This document shows, one piece after another, positions 22,921 to 36,564 of a stretch of DNA of 64,000 nucleotides. The notes beneath the pieces are model-generated. The model ran no database searches and had not been told where the DNA came from. It saw nothing but the letters and a program-made list of their open reading frames with translations. The translations under genes and the position numbers were made by a program. Positions within the stretch are counted from its first letter, which is position 1. Each line of letters begins with the position of its first letter. The DNA is from Chiloscyllium plagiosum (taxonomy: Eukaryota), in NCBI RefSeq assembly GCF_004010195.1, contig NC_057718.1:21061612-21125611 (forward strand). The letters run 5' to 3'.

Positions 22921-25224
22921 AGTCCTTGCAAAACTCAATGCTTAATGTTAGATTGTGATTCAGTCATTAGATAGCACTTGCTGAACAATCCTGAGTGCTT
23001 CAAGAGTTACACTGACACCATTTTAAGATAGTTGTTTGGGCCCACAGGGTGGCTCATTTCCTCTTGTAAGAAACTTCACATATATATCTGCAGGAACATG
23101 CCCTTCTGCAGGAAAAATGAATATATCCAAGCATTGCATTTCTTTTGAATTAAATAAAATGACAGGGAACAATACATCCCCAGTGCTTTCTCCATGGCAG
23201 TCCCTTGACTAATCAGATTTAACTTGCCAACCAATCAACACCCTTCATTTAATATAAATTGTTGATGCTTTGAAATTTGACATTCTCGTCTCTACTCAGT
23301 GTAAGATGCAACACTATTCAACAATATTCGAGTTCTGTACTACCAAAGAACTAAAACAAAATAGAAGAACAATTACAAACGAATAAGAGATTCAGCAGCA
23401 GATGACCTGAACTTTTTAGGGAAAATTAGATAAAGTTATGGAGCTGGAAATAGGCAGTCTTACTAATTATAAGAATATGAGGTCAAAAGCTCATCTTCTG
23501 GATCAAATGTCACACCAAGGGTACAAACAGATTGACTGAGCCTTAGACTGTTGCCTGGGAAGGATGGAGTCTGTTCCTTCTGAAGTTTGCAGAAGGAACT
23601 AAAAATCTTCACTCTTTTCAATACTTAATTGGGGGAGCAGGTTCCCAAAATCAAAAAGCCAATGTCTGGACCTAGTTCTTCTGGAGCTTCAGGAAAACGA
23701 TAGATACTTTCTAACACTTTGATACAGTTATAGCAAAATATAATGTACAGAAATGTAATAAAAGACTACCAAACTTCCAGCAGTTCACCTTAATTTGCAA
23801 AGAATCAATCAGGTATCACAAATCCTCAAGTCAAACATCTGTGAATGTTTCTATGGAATTTTAAAATATTTCCTATAGCACTCTCAGATGTTCTGTTCCT
23901 CGAGAAGAAAATAATTGTGAGTTAGCATGCCCTTCATGTTATTTTATATTCATGCATAAACACCACCCTGCATTAAATCCATTTTATACACTAGCATACA
24001 GAATAGTCAACATTCCACTATTTCTGTGAGCAAAGAAAGTTTACTGAAATTACTCACAGATGTGAATTTAAACTTTTCAAACTGTTAACTAATGTAGCTA
24101 ATTGAATTAATGGATCAAGTTGCTGAAAATCATGAAGGATATCACTTAGCAGCTGTATTTGTTCACAACACTTCGGAAAACTAAAACAGCATTTTCACCA
24201 CTCCAGGGGCTCCTTTAATTAATTCCACAGTGTACTTTTCATAGTCTATGTTTTCGCACAGAATTGATATTGAGAGCTTCAGGTTTATCTTTTGTCTTCC
24301 CAGTTTCTATGACCCAACATTCTCCATGAACCTACCACTACCCAGTCTTCTGATAAGTTTCCAATTTCCAAACAAGATAGCATAAACATTCTTTCTTCTT
24401 TCATCACAGCATACACAAGTTTATACTCCTTCCCTACTCCTTCACCCTTCACTCAATCAAATCTTAAACGTTGACATTATATTCTTTTCTTAGCACTAAC
24501 CTTAATGATTAATTCCAAACTTTACAATTCTGTGTGAAGAGGCTATTTCTGCTCTCTCCTGTAAATTTCTAATATTTAATTATGCATCTTTAGATCCTTC
24601 ATTCGAGGTATCTGAATTAATGAAGCAGATTGCTTCAACATAATTTGTCGCAGTTGTTCATAGTTTTAGCTATTTCTATTATACCACCCTTTAAATCTGC
24701 ATCATACTCACTAAAAATAATCTTACAAGTGTTATTTTTTTCATATTACTTAGCATACCATCTAAATCTAATCGAAAATCATACTGGTGAATTTTCAATA
24801 TCCTTTCTACAGTATAAAGTACAATCTTACAGCTTCACTTTAACTAAAATTTAATGCCTTATATACCTTCACGATTATTTCTTGGCTTTTAATTTTCATA
24901 CGTTGTGATTAAAACCTGAAATTCCATGAGTTTTTGATACAGCCTTCATCTATCTGAGGTGTTTCCTTTGAAATCCTGTAGCCTGTACTCCCAAATCCCT
25001 CCGTACTTTGCAGCTCAAAAGCTTATTGATATGGACTACATTATGAATAGGATTACTTTTGGAGCAGAACTTAAAATATGTAAGACTACAAAATAAAAAT
25101 CAAATCACAATACAAATCTTATAAACATGAACAGAAGAAAGGTTCTGCATTAAATTAACTATTTTATTTCTACAATAGATGCCAGGATTAATGATTCAAG
25201 TCTAATTTGCATGCATTTCCTTAC

Positions 25225-25302
25225 CTCCATTAAAGACAACTTCACCAAGACAATCCCTGGGCACCTTTGATGCACATCGCTTGTGGCAATTAAACTTGCA
25301 GT
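25225..25302 (-). CDS. PRKD3: PRKD3 internal exon: end of C1b
   Basis: ttttacag acceptor, G|gtaagg donor, 78 nt (phase 1 to 1). (D)[25 protein letters not shown](E). Confidence 0.96.
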
Positions 25303-25599
25303 CTGTAAAATCAAAGCAAGCAAAGTAAATTTTCAATGGAATGCACAGATCCCTCGCTCACAGTGAGCTGACACTTTTTTTTAATCTGGTGGTAAACTCA
25401 AGATTTACTGGAGATGCAAGACAAAACACCAAATTCAGTCACTGCAACTTAAATCATATAGGATATAAACTCATTGAGAAGTATGGTTTTATTTTAGGGC
25501 ATTGCAGTTTGGTGGATCCTGTGCAAATGCAGTAGAAAGTGAATTATGAAAAACATTTTGAAACAGTACATTCAACATATTGGATATTTTTTTAAAAAT

Positions 25600-25927
25600 T
25601 CATTCATGTGATGTGAATTTATTGCCCATCCCTAAATGCCCAGAGGGCAGTTAAGAGTCAACCATATTGATGTGAATCTGGAATCACATTTAGGCCAAAT
25701 CAAATAATGATGGCAGTTTTCTTCCCTTAAAGCCATTAGTGAGCAGATGAACTTTTCCCAATCATCAACATTGGTTTCATGGGCACCATTGGACTCTTAA
25801 TTTATATTTTTATTGATTTCAAATTCAACCATCTGTTGTGGTGGGATTTGAACACAGGGCCCCAGAACATTACTTGGGACTCTGGATTAACAGAGTAACA
25901 ATAATACCACTAGACCATTGCATCCCT
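25600..25927 (-). mobile_element. tRNA-derived SINE, second family
   Basis: Colinear with 6208-6548. Confidence 0.75.
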
Positions 25928-26027
25928 GTATATGGGTACAGATGGAGTACAGCAAAGGTACGGAGTTCTAATAACGAGTTAAGGAATTAATCCTAAAATG
26001 TATTGTAAACACATTGGAGAAGCAATG

Positions 26028-27437
26028 TAGAGTCACAGAGTCATAAAGATGTACAGTATGGAAACAGATCCTTCGGTCCAACCTATCCATGCCGACCGGA
26101 TATCACAAGCCAATCGAGCCCCACCTGCCAGCACCCGGCCCATATCCCTCCAAACCCTTCTATTTCATAGACCCATCCAAATGCTTCTTAAATGTTGCAA
26201 TTGTACCAGCCTCCCCCACATCCTCTGGCAGCTCATTCCATACCCGTACCACCCTCTGAGAGAAAAAGTTGCCCCTTTAGTCTCTTTTATATCTTTCCCC
26301 TCTCACCCTAAACCTATGCCCTCTAGTTCTGGACTCACCCATCCCAGGGAAAAGACTTTGCCTATTTACCCTATCCATGCCCCTCATAATTTTGTAAACC
26401 TCTAGAAGGTCACCCCTCAGCCTCCGACGCTCCAGGGAAAACAGCCCCAGCCTGTTCAGCTTCTCCCGATAGCTCAAATCCTCCAACCCTGGCAACATCC
26501 TTGTAAATCTTTTTTGAACACTTCCAAGTTTCACAACATCTTTCTGATAGGAAGGAGACCAGAATTGCATGCAAAATTCCAACAGTGGCCTAACCAATGT
26601 CCTGTACAGCCGCAAAATGACCTCTCAACTCCTGTACTCAATACTCTGACCAGTAAAGGAAAACATACCAAACGCCTTCTTCACTATCTTATCTACCTAC
26701 GACTCCACTTTCAAGGAGCTATGAACCTGCACTCCAAGGTCTCTTTGTTCAGCAACACTCCCTAGGAACTTACCATCAAGTATAAAAGTCCTGCTAAGAT
26801 TTACTTTCCCAAAATGCAGCACCTCGCATTTATCGGAATTAAATTCCATCTGCCACTTCTCACCCATTGGCCCATCTGGCCAAGATCCTGTTGTAATCTG
26901 AGGTAACCCTCTTCGCTGTCCACTACACCTCCAATTTTGGTGTCATCTGCAAACTTACTAACTGTACCTCTTATGCTCGCATCCAAATCACTTATGTAAA
27001 TGACAAAAAGAAGAGGACCCAGCACCGATCCTTGTTTGCACTCCACTGGTCACAGGCCTCCAGTCTGAAAAACAACCCTCCACCACCGTCCTCTGTCTTC
27101 TACCTTTGAGCCAGTTCTGTATCCAAATGGCTAGTTCTCCCTTTATTTTGTGAGATCTAACCTTGCTCACCAGTCTCCCATGGGGAACCTTGTCGAACGC
27201 CTTACTCAAGTCCATATGGATCACATCTACTGCTCTGCCCTCATCAATCTTCTTCGTTACTTCCTCAAAAAACTCAATTAAGTTTGTGAGACATGATTTC
27301 CCATGCACAAAGCCATGTTGACTATCCCTAATCAGCCCTTGCCTTTCCAAATACATGTACATCCTGTCCCTCAGGATTTTCTCCAATAACTTGCGCACCA
27401 CCGAGGTCAGGCTCACTGGTCATTAGTTCCCTGGCTG
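26028..27437 (-). mobile_element. 5'-truncated CR1 LINE
   Basis: ORFs 26988..27416, 26801..27046 and 26277..26615 are frameshifted RT pieces; (ctatgact)-type tail at the left. Confidence 0.94.
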
Positions 27438-27724
27438 TAATAGCAGAAGTTAATCAAATGAAAAACAACAATATAGATTTATATACATAAACACCGAGAC
27501 AGAGTGCTGCACCATTATCTCAAGTATTTAATGCTTACATATGAAGTTACTTCATCTATTATTTAAAATAAGTTCAGAATTTACGTGTTTATAAAGGGCA
27601 GTAGATTCATGGTGAACAAGTAGTAAAAAAAATTGTTACTTAAATGTTCTGGTAGTTATGGTCGAGAAGTTGGAAATATATTACTCTATTTACTGCCAGC
27701 ATTATACATCCGCAGAGTCCTTAC

Positions 27725-27914
27725 CCCTACATTGCATTCCTTGTCGAAACAGTCCTTTTAATAAACGCTTGCAGTACTGACAAATCGTGGGACGTGTATA
27801 AGAGTGTATGACAAAGGTATGTGGTACTTTCACCCTCCCCAACACCATTTTTTCCATCCAGATTGGGCGCCCACTCCATGAGGGAATTCTTTTGCTGGTT
27901 TCTTGGTGACAACG
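27725..27914 (-). CDS. PRKD3: PRKD3 internal exon: linker and first part of C1b
   Basis: tttgcag acceptor, G|gtaagg donor, 190 nt (phase 0 to 1). [74 protein letters not shown] is PKD3-type rather than PKD1/PKD2. Overlaps ORF 27702..28019. Confidence 0.96.
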
Positions 27915-28626
27915 CTGCAAAGCACATAAAATTATCAAAATTACGATATTAAGTGGAAGTGTTTCCATGACAATACTATACATTATACTCATAGTTAAAC
28001 AGATGTATTTATTAATCATAGCACACTAAAATATAATTGTATTTTCAAGTGAAAGTCAACTATTGTTGTTTTCCACATGAATAACATAAACCAAGTTAAA
28101 TAGCCCAACATCTTCCAAGGGAAACCAAAAATTGGAGGAAAATACACCCTGGGCCATTCTTTCACAGGAACGAATTACAGCTTTCAGAGTGGTACTGCCA
28201 GAGCATTGGGAATACGTTCGAAACCTGTTCTCTGAATGTCAAATAACATGGAGAAACACAAGTGAATAGAAAGTGAAAAAAATTCTAACTACAAAATTCC
28301 ATCCCAAAAAACATTGACTTCTTGAAAAGTACAAGGAAATATTCATCATAATAGTTCAAGAAAAATGTAACAACATAACTTGGTGCAATATAGAACAAGG
28401 TATATTACCAAAACTGATAGCGAACTTGTGACACTTTAAAGGCAACAAATTGGGTCAATGTTCCAAGATATCATGGGCTATTGAAAGGTCCTTTGTAACA
28501 ACAGAACAGGAAAAAACAGGCCATTCAGCACCCTAATCGATGGCTGCGTTTATTCTCCATGTGCAAACTCTTCTAATCACATTAAGCACCTTCTGAAGTG
28601 GTTGATCAAACTTGTGTTTATTCACC

Positions 28627-31345
28627 AGGATACAAATGCTACAGGAAGGATAGAAAGGGAGGAGGGGGAGTGGCATTTTTGATACGGGATAGCATTACAG
28701 CTGTGCTGAGGGAGGATATTCCCGGAAATACATCCAGGGAAGTTATTTGAGTGGAACTGAGAAATAAGAAAGTGATGATCACCTTATTGGGACCCCCTAA
28801 TATTCAGAGGGAAATTGAGAAACAAACTTGTAAGGAGATCTCAGCTATCTGTAAGAATAATAGGGTAGTTATGGTAGGGGATTTTAACTTTCCAAACATC
28901 GACTGGGACTGCCATAGTGTTAAAGGTTTAGATGGAGAGGAATTTCTTAAGTGTACACAAGACAATTTTATGATTCACTATGTGGATGTACCTACTAGAG
29001 AAGGTGCAAAACTTGACCTACTCTCTGGAAATAAGGCAGGGCTGGTGACTGAGGTTTCAGTGGGGGAGCACTTTGGGGCCAGCGACCATAATTTTATTTG
29101 TTTTAAAATAGTGATGGAAAGGATAGACCAGATCTAAAAGTTGAAGTCCTAAATTGGAGAAAGGCCAATTTTGACGGTATTAGGCAAGACCTTTCGAAAG
29201 CTGATTGGAGGCAGATATTCGCAGGTAAAGGGATGGCTGGAAAATGGGAAGCCTTCAGAAATGAGATAACAAGAAGCCAGAGAAAGTATATTCTTGTCAG
29301 GGTGAAAGGGAAGGCTGGTAGATATAGGGAATGCCGAGATGACTAAAGAAGTTGACGGTTTGGTTAAGAAAAAGAAGGAAGCATATGTCAGGTGTAGACA
29401 GGATAGATCGAGTGAATCCTTAGAAGAGTATAAAGAAAGTAGGAGTATACTTAAGAGGGAAATCAGAAGGGCAAAACGGGGACATGAGATAGCTTTGGCA
29501 AATAGAATTAAGGAGAATCCAAAGAGTCTTTACAAGTATATTAAGAACAAAAGGGTAACTAGGGAGAGAATAAGGCCCCTCAAAGATCAGCAAGGCGGCC
29601 TTTGTGTGGAGCCACAGAAAATGGGAGATACTAAATGAATACTTTGCATCAGTATTTACTGTGGAAAAGGATATGGAAGATATAGACTGTAGGGAAATAG
29701 ATGGTGACATTTTGCAAATTGTCCAGATTACAGAGGAGGAAGTGCTGGATGTCTTGAAATGGTTAAAAGTGGATAAATCCCCAGGACCTGATCAGGTGTA
29801 CCAGAGAACTCTGTGGGAAGCTAGAGAAGTGATTGCTGGGCCACTTGCTGAGATATTTGTATCACTGATAGTCACAGGTAAGGTGCTTAAAGACTGGAGG
29901 TTGGCAAACATGGTGCCACTGTTTAAGAAGGGCGGTAAAGACAAGCCAGGAAACTATAGACCAGTGAGCCTGACCTCAGTGATGGGCAAGTTGTTGGAAA
30001 GAATCCTGAGGGACAAGATGTACATGTATTTGGAAAGGCTGGGACTGATTAGGGATAGTCAACATGGCTTTGTGTGTGGGAAATAATGTCTCACAAACTT
30101 GATTAGTTTCTTGAAGAAGTAACAAAGAAGATTGATGAGGGCAGAGCAGTAGATGTGATCTATATGGACTTCAGTATGGCGTTCGACAAAGCTGCCAATG
30201 GGAGACTGATTAGCAAGGTTAGATCTCACAAAATAAAGGGAGAACTAGCCATTTGGATACAGAACTGGCTCAAAGGTAGAAGACAGAGGACGGTGGTGGA
30301 GGGTTGTTTTTCAGACTGGAGGCCTGTGACCAGTGGAGTGCCACAAGGATCGGTGCTGCGTCCTCTACATTTTGTCATTTACATAAATGATTTGGATGCG
30401 AGCATAAGAGGTACAGTTAGTAAGTTTGCAGATGACACCAAAGTTGGAGGTGTAGTGAACAGCGAAGAGGGTTACCTCAGTTTACAACAGGATCTGGACC
30501 AGATAGGCCAATGGGCTGAGAAGTGGCAGATGGAGTTTAATTCAGATAAATGCGAGGTGCTGCATTTTGTGAAAGCAAATCTTAGCAGGAGTTATACACT
30601 TAATGGTAAGGTCCTAGGGAGTGTTACTGAACAAAGAGACCTTGGAGTGCAGGTTCATAGCTCCTTGAAAGTGGAGTCGCAGGTAGATAGGATAGTGAAG
30701 AAGGCGTTTGGTATGCTTTCCTTTATTGGACAGAGTATAGAGTACAGGAGTTGGGAGGTCATGTTGCGGCTGTACAGGACATTGGTTAGGCCACTGTTGG
30801 AATATTGCGTGCAATTCTGGTCTCCTTCCTATTGGAAAGATGTTGTGAAACTTGAAAGGGTTCAGAAAAGATTTACAAGGATGTTGCCAGGTTTGGAGGA
30901 TCTGAGCTACAGGGAGAGCTGAACAGGCTGGGGCTGTTTTTTCCTGGTGCGTCGGAAGCTGAGGGGTGACCTTATAGAGGTTTACAAAATTATGAGGGGC
31001 ATGGATAGGATAAATAGACAAAGTCTTTTCCCTGGGATGGGTGAGTCCAGAACTAGAGGGCATAGGTTTAGGGTGAGAGGGGAAAGATATAAAAGAGACT
31101 TAAGGGGCAACTTTTTCACGCAGAGGGTGGTACGTGTATGGAATGAGCTGCCAGAGGATGTGGTGGAGGCTGATACAATTGCAATATTTAAGAGGCATTT
31201 GGATGGGCATATGAATAGGAAGGGTTTGGAGGGATATGGGCCAGGTGCTGGCAGGTGGGACTAGATTGGGTTGGGATATCTGGTCAGCTTAGACGGGTTG
31301 GGCCGAAGGGTCTGTTTCATGCTGTACAATCTCTATGACTCTAAC
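28627..31345 (+). mobile_element. CR1 LINE with nearly complete but frameshifted ORF2
   Basis: Endonuclease (VGDFNFPNIDW, SDHN) in 28751..29137; RT in 29604..30922 (GVPQGSVL, KFADDTK); C-terminus 30947..31264; tail ctctatgactcta. Confidence 0.95.
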
Positions 31346-31517
31346 TATCTTGAATGCATATAATGCATTTTTAAATTTGCGTCATACATTTAGACAATTG
31401 TGATACTTTTAGAAAGAATAATGGTAGTGACTAGCTGTGAATTAATGCTATTTCCAAAGTATTCCAGAAATGTACAGAATTCTTTTTTCTGTTGTTACTA
31501 CAGAAGTTGCTGACCTA

Positions 31518-31635
31518 GGGATCCTCTTACGGTGCAGTGGTAGTGTCCCTACTGCTGGATCAGGTTCAAGCAGTAGGGACAGGTTCAAGTCCCACCGGCT
31601 TCAGATGTGTATAAAAACGTTGATTAGGAAAAAAA
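31518..31635 (+). mobile_element. Short tRNA-derived SINE, third family
   Basis: ggtgcagtggtagtgtccctac...ggttcaagtccc...gttgattaggaaaa; same family as the units at 62830-63238. Confidence 0.6.
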
Positions 31636-32360
31636 GAGAGGTCGCTGATTAGGCTTTATTTGGAATGCTTGATGGGCTAAAGGGCCTTTTTTGTACTAAT
31701 TGATTCTATGATCCTATAATACTTTAACCAGCCTTGTTCCATAATGGGAAATAAAAGTAGCCAGAAGTGACATATGAGATTGGTTCCTAGCTTAAAGAAC
31801 TCAGCTTAATGAAGAGTGCTTACTCACAGTGCTCTTGCCATCATGAGTATTTGGTTGGCTTGATAGACCAGCTGATCTTTTCCTAATTTTGTCATTTCTA
31901 AATAACTACACATGTACAAAGTAGCTGAAGGTGAGGTTGCTGGTCCACAATTCCATCTAACCTTTCCATTTTTGGCAATGAGTAGATCTGTGCCACTTCT
32001 TACCCCTCTTACCAGAGCAGACAACACATAATTCCACTATGCATTGTTAATACACCAATATGAACATTGACGCATGCACTAAAATACTCCCCACACCCAA
32101 AACTTTGGACAGTTTGTATTGTTAATTTTAAACATTACCAATGCTCTCTTCAAGAACTATATATGTTGAGTGTTGGGATAGTGAGCCATGTAGGTGTTTG
32201 GTTTAGAGAGCCATAAATTATCATAGGCATCACTAGGATAGTAAATATGATTTATTCCTTCACAAAAGCAATGTAAGCACTTAGAAAGAAAAAAGCTAAA
32301 ACCTAAAAACTGAACGTTTTGACTAAAACAGAAGGTTGCTAGTCACTCAAATACGTTTAC

Positions 32361-32411
32361 CTTGATTAAACGAATTTCATCACTTCTTGGTTGTATCCCT
32401 GGATACAGCCC
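32361..32411 (-). CDS. Candidate 51-nt cassette exon of PRKD3 (GLYPGIQPRSDEIRLIK)
   Basis: tctccacag acceptor, AAG|gtaaac donor, 17 codons without a stop, phase 0-0 inside a phase-0 intron, in non-repeat sequence. No homology support that I can recognise. Confidence 0.4.
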
Positions 32412-32789
32412 CTGTGGAGATTAACAGTTCAAAATAAGCACAGATCAGAAAAGTTTAGATAAAATTTTGTACCATGCATACTTAGCGTTTTTATTTCCTT
32501 GCCTCCTTTGTAAACCTCACCACCCAAAAATTTATGAACAGACATTATACTGAAATCACAGGTGAAACCTCTTGCCACAACGCTTGCAAACAAAGTACAA
32601 AACAATCAAGTTGCTCCTTCAGACCCAAAATAAAATTTTCAAATAATAAAGAAATTTGCCAGAAATTTTGTTTATTCGTTTTACATAAGAGTCTCTTTTG
32701 AAGATAGCTGATTCCAACATTAAACAATCTTAAAATACACAGCAGTGTTCAAGAAGATATTTCTGCCATGATTTCAATAAATAAAGACT

Positions 32790-33190
32790 CAGATATAAAT
32801 TGTTCATCATGACCAGCAAACATCTCAAAATGCTTTATGGTCGATGCCTTTATAATATGTAGGAAACCTTGCAGTCAATTTGCTCACAGCAAACCTTTAC
32901 AGTCAGTAAATGTGATAAATGGATCAGACAAGATAAGCTATTTCAGCAATATTGCTGAAGAATAAATATTGGTCAGGAGGTCAGGAATAATTCTCCTGCT
33001 CGTTTTCAAAATAGCGCAATGAAATCTTTTACATCCACTTCAGCAGGCAAATGGGGCGACATTTTAATGCCTTATCTGAAAGTTAGCACTTCTGACAGTG
33101 CAATGTTCCATTGGTACTTCACCTTAATTTCTGTGCTCCAGCTAAATTAATTTTAGAACACTGAAATTCAGAGGTGAGTTACGGCTATCT
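32790..33190 (-). mobile_element. Deu-domain-type SINE (old)
   Basis: atcttttacatccacttcagcaggcaaatgggg...tctgaaagttagcacttctgacagtgca resembles the reverse Deu-domain core as I recall it. Confidence 0.55.
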
Positions 33191-33471
33191 GACATCCCTC
33201 AAACACTTCTTTGCAAAATTGATCTCCTGATTTATTGGGAAACAATTATTATTATTTAATAAGGCAAATTAAGGAAGAAATTGTTAACTGGAGATCAAAG
33301 TTCAGCCAGGTGGAAAATAAGTGTGGTTGTGGATAGGGACTAGTTGGGTTTCTGTTGAAGGAAAGCATAGAAACTCCTCAGGCCATCCTGATGTGATGGT
33401 AGTCCAAGAGAGCTCTCTATTTCTTCTTTGAATCGAGGGCCAAGCAATCCTCATTAGGCACTTTCCTCCCC

Positions 33472-33590
33472 TTGTTCTAAAGGAAGATCCTTGACCTGAA
33501 AGTGTTGTTCTCTTCTCAAACCTTTGCTGACTGTTTTCAGCATTTTGTGTTTTTATTTCAGATTTCAAATATACACAGTACTTTTTCTTC
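33472..33590 (+). mobile_element. Old PLE terminal remnant
   Basis: ttttcagcattttgtgtttttatttcagatttc, related to the 8072-8228 arms. Confidence 0.45.
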
Positions 33591-34679
33591 TATAAAATTA
33601 TTTACTGTCAGCCTTGATTTTTGTGTTCAAATGCTCAGTGATAAAATACTTTAAACTTTTGCCCTCAAAACATGCTGATACAGAAAGTCACAAAATGTAA
33701 TAATGTTGGTTGCGAAACAGTGGAACATAATGAGAGAAAACCTTGCAATGGAGTTCATTCATCTAGCTTCCTTAACATCAGGAGATGGTTTTATTAAAAA
33801 ATGGATGGCATTCAGAAACAAAATCAACAAAAAACAGTGGTGATTTTACCATATCGGAAACAAACAACAGTTGTGGCCATAAAGCCACTTCCAATTGGAT
33901 CCTCAGCACCTTCAAAATTTATTTATCTGCCACTATCCCTCCTCAATCACAGCACTCTTTCAAGCTCTTAGCCTTGAAAATAAAAAAAAACGTTTGGGTC
34001 TAGGCTATCTTCTCAATATATTTTGAGGGGGTTTGGTCTGGTTCATAAGACCTTCGAATGCAATTCAACCTCTGCCCTTCACTTCCCATAGCATTCATTA
34101 CAATTGCTAATTCCATCATCTTTTATATTATTTTCCTCAATATATGTTTAATCATCTCAATGAATTTGTTCACTCCAGTTGTTTCCAAACTGAAATAAGC
34201 ACTCTAGTGGATTCTAGTTTTAAAACTTAAATATTGTTTTCAAACCCATACCCATCACAGCAATCTCTGCCAATCTCCAAAATACATGTGCTACTCCAAT
34301 CCTGGCACCTAATGTATCAAAGTGTTTACACTCTACCACTGATGGCTGTGTCTTCAAACGCTTAGTTCCTTAGCTTCAGAATGAGTAACCTATTATCATT
34401 TTCATATTTGTGCTTACCCTGAATCATTTTACATTGTGACTTGGCCCATGCAGTCAACTATCTGACAGACCTAAACTGCAAAAGATATTGAAGATCTCAT
34501 GATTTCAAATTGCAATTTGCCAGATACTACTGGCTAAAATGCAGACATGAGGATTTAAAAGCTATATGGTGTATGATTGGATATATTATACTATTTTAAT
34601 AAAAACAGTTTCTGAATACCATAAGTTTCGAATGGAAAACTACTTAAAAGTCGAGATTATAGAAAACGAAAGGTTCCAA

Positions 34680-35304
34680 GCGATCGATTATGATAGGAGA
34701 CTCTCTCATCAGAGGTACAGACAGACTTACTGTGGCCAGCAGTGAAAAGTCAGAATGGTGTGTTGCTTCCCTGGTGCCAGAATCAAGGATGTCTAACTTT
34801 CCAAACACAGACTGGGACTGCTACAATTGTCAAGGGTTTAGATGGAGAGGAATTTGTTCAGTGTGTACAAGAAAATTTTCTGATTCAGTATGTACACGTA
34901 CCTACTAGAGAAGGTGCAAACTTGACCTACTCTTGGTAAATAATGCAGGGCAGGTGACCGAGGTGTCAGTGGAGGAGCACTTTGGGGCCAGCAACCATAA
35001 TTCTATTAATTTTAAAATAGTGCTGGAAAAGGATACACTGAAACTAAAAGTTGAAGTTCTAAATTGGAGGAAGGCTAATTTTGACACCAATAGTCAAGAA
35101 CTTCCAAAAGCTGACTGGGGGCAGATGTTCTCAGGTAAAGGGATGGCTGGAAAATGGGATGCCTTCAGAAATGAGATAACAAAAGTCCAGAGACAGTATA
35201 TTCCGGTTAGGGTGAAAGAAAAGGCTGGTAGATGTAGGGAATGTTGGATGACTAGAGAAATTGAGATTTTGGTTAAAGTAAAGAAGGAAGCATATGTCAG
35301 GTAT
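34680..35304 (+). mobile_element. CR1 LINE, 5' piece of a split element
   Basis: MIGDSLIRG (esterase-like ORF1 motif) then endonuclease fragments in ORF 34933..35307; breaks after gcatatgtcaggtat. Confidence 0.88.
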
Positions 35305-36560
35305 TAAATTGAATTTATTGCCACGTGTACTGAGGCACAGTGAAAAGCTTTGTCTTGCGAGCAATACAGGCAGATCACAGAGTTCTATAGTTAAATAGCA
35401 CAGATAAGTAAATTATAGGTAAACAGCAGCAAAAACAAAAACACAGGATCAGGCGAATGTTAAGAGTCTGTGAGTCCATTCAGTATTCTAACAACAGTAT
35501 GGTAGAAACTGCTTCAAAACCGGGCGGTGCGTGTGTTCAGGCTTCTGTACCTTCTCCCCGATGGTAGATGTTGTAGAAAAACATTGCCAGGGTAGAATCG
35601 ATCTTTGAGAATGCTGGCAGCCTTTCCTTGACAGAGGGCCAGGTAGATGGATTCCATAGATGGGAGGTTGGCCTTTGTGATTGTCTGGGCCGAGTTCATC
35701 ACTCACTGTAACCGTCTCTCTTGATGGCTACCTATAAAAGTTGGCAAGGGTATTCGCTGTCATGCCAAATTTCCTCAGTTGCCTGAGAAAGATGTTGTTG
35801 GGCATTTATAACCACCGCATCCACATGAACAGTCCATGAAAGCATGTTGTGGATTACCACTCCCAGGAGCTTGACACTCTCCACTCGTTCCACCTCTGTG
35901 CTGTTAAAGTGTAGGGGGACATGAGTAACATCCCGCCAAAAGTCAATAATGAATTCCTTGGTTTTGCCAGCATTGAGAGCTAGGTTGTTCTCAATGCACC
36001 ATTGTTCCAGGTCTTCCACCTCCTGTCTGTTGTCTGTTTCATTGCCATCTGAGATTCGACCGACTATGGAGGTGTCATCAGCAAACTTGTAAATGGCATT
36101 AGGCGACGCAGTCACGGGTATAAAGTGAGTACAGTAGAGGCTGAGTACACAACCCTAGGGGGTTCAGTGTTAGTGAGGATGAAATATTGTCCCCAATCTT
36201 CACTGATTGTGGCCTGTGGGGCAGGAAACTGAGGATCCAGTTGCAGAGAGTGGAGCTTAGTCTGAGATCATTAAGTTTAGTAATCAGTCTCGAGGGGATA
36301 ATAGTGTTGAAGGCTGAACTGTAGTCAATGAGTCATGTCAAGATGTTCTAGGCAGGAGTGAAGGGCAAGTGATATGGCACTTGACGTGGATCTGTTGGTT
36401 CAATAAGCAAATTGGAATGGGTCAAGAGTAGTGGGGAGGCTGGAGTTGATTAATGCCATGACCAGCCTTTCAAGTCACTTCAAAACCATCGAAGTTTGGG
36501 CCACTGGGCGGGGTCATTGAGACATGCTGCATGAGCCTTCTTAGGCACAGGGATGACGTT
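35305..36560 (-). mobile_element. Rex1/Babar-like LINE
   Basis: ORF 35732..36115 (IYKFADDTSIVGRIS...WCIENNLALNAGKTKEFIIDF) and 35514..35702 (LPSGRRYRSLNTRTARF); aataaa near the 3' end. Confidence 0.85.
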
Positions 36561-36564
36561 GAAG

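Noticed and set aside
28627..31345. Intact autonomous CR1
   Set aside because: ORF2 is broken into at least five frames with stop codons and no ORF1 is present.
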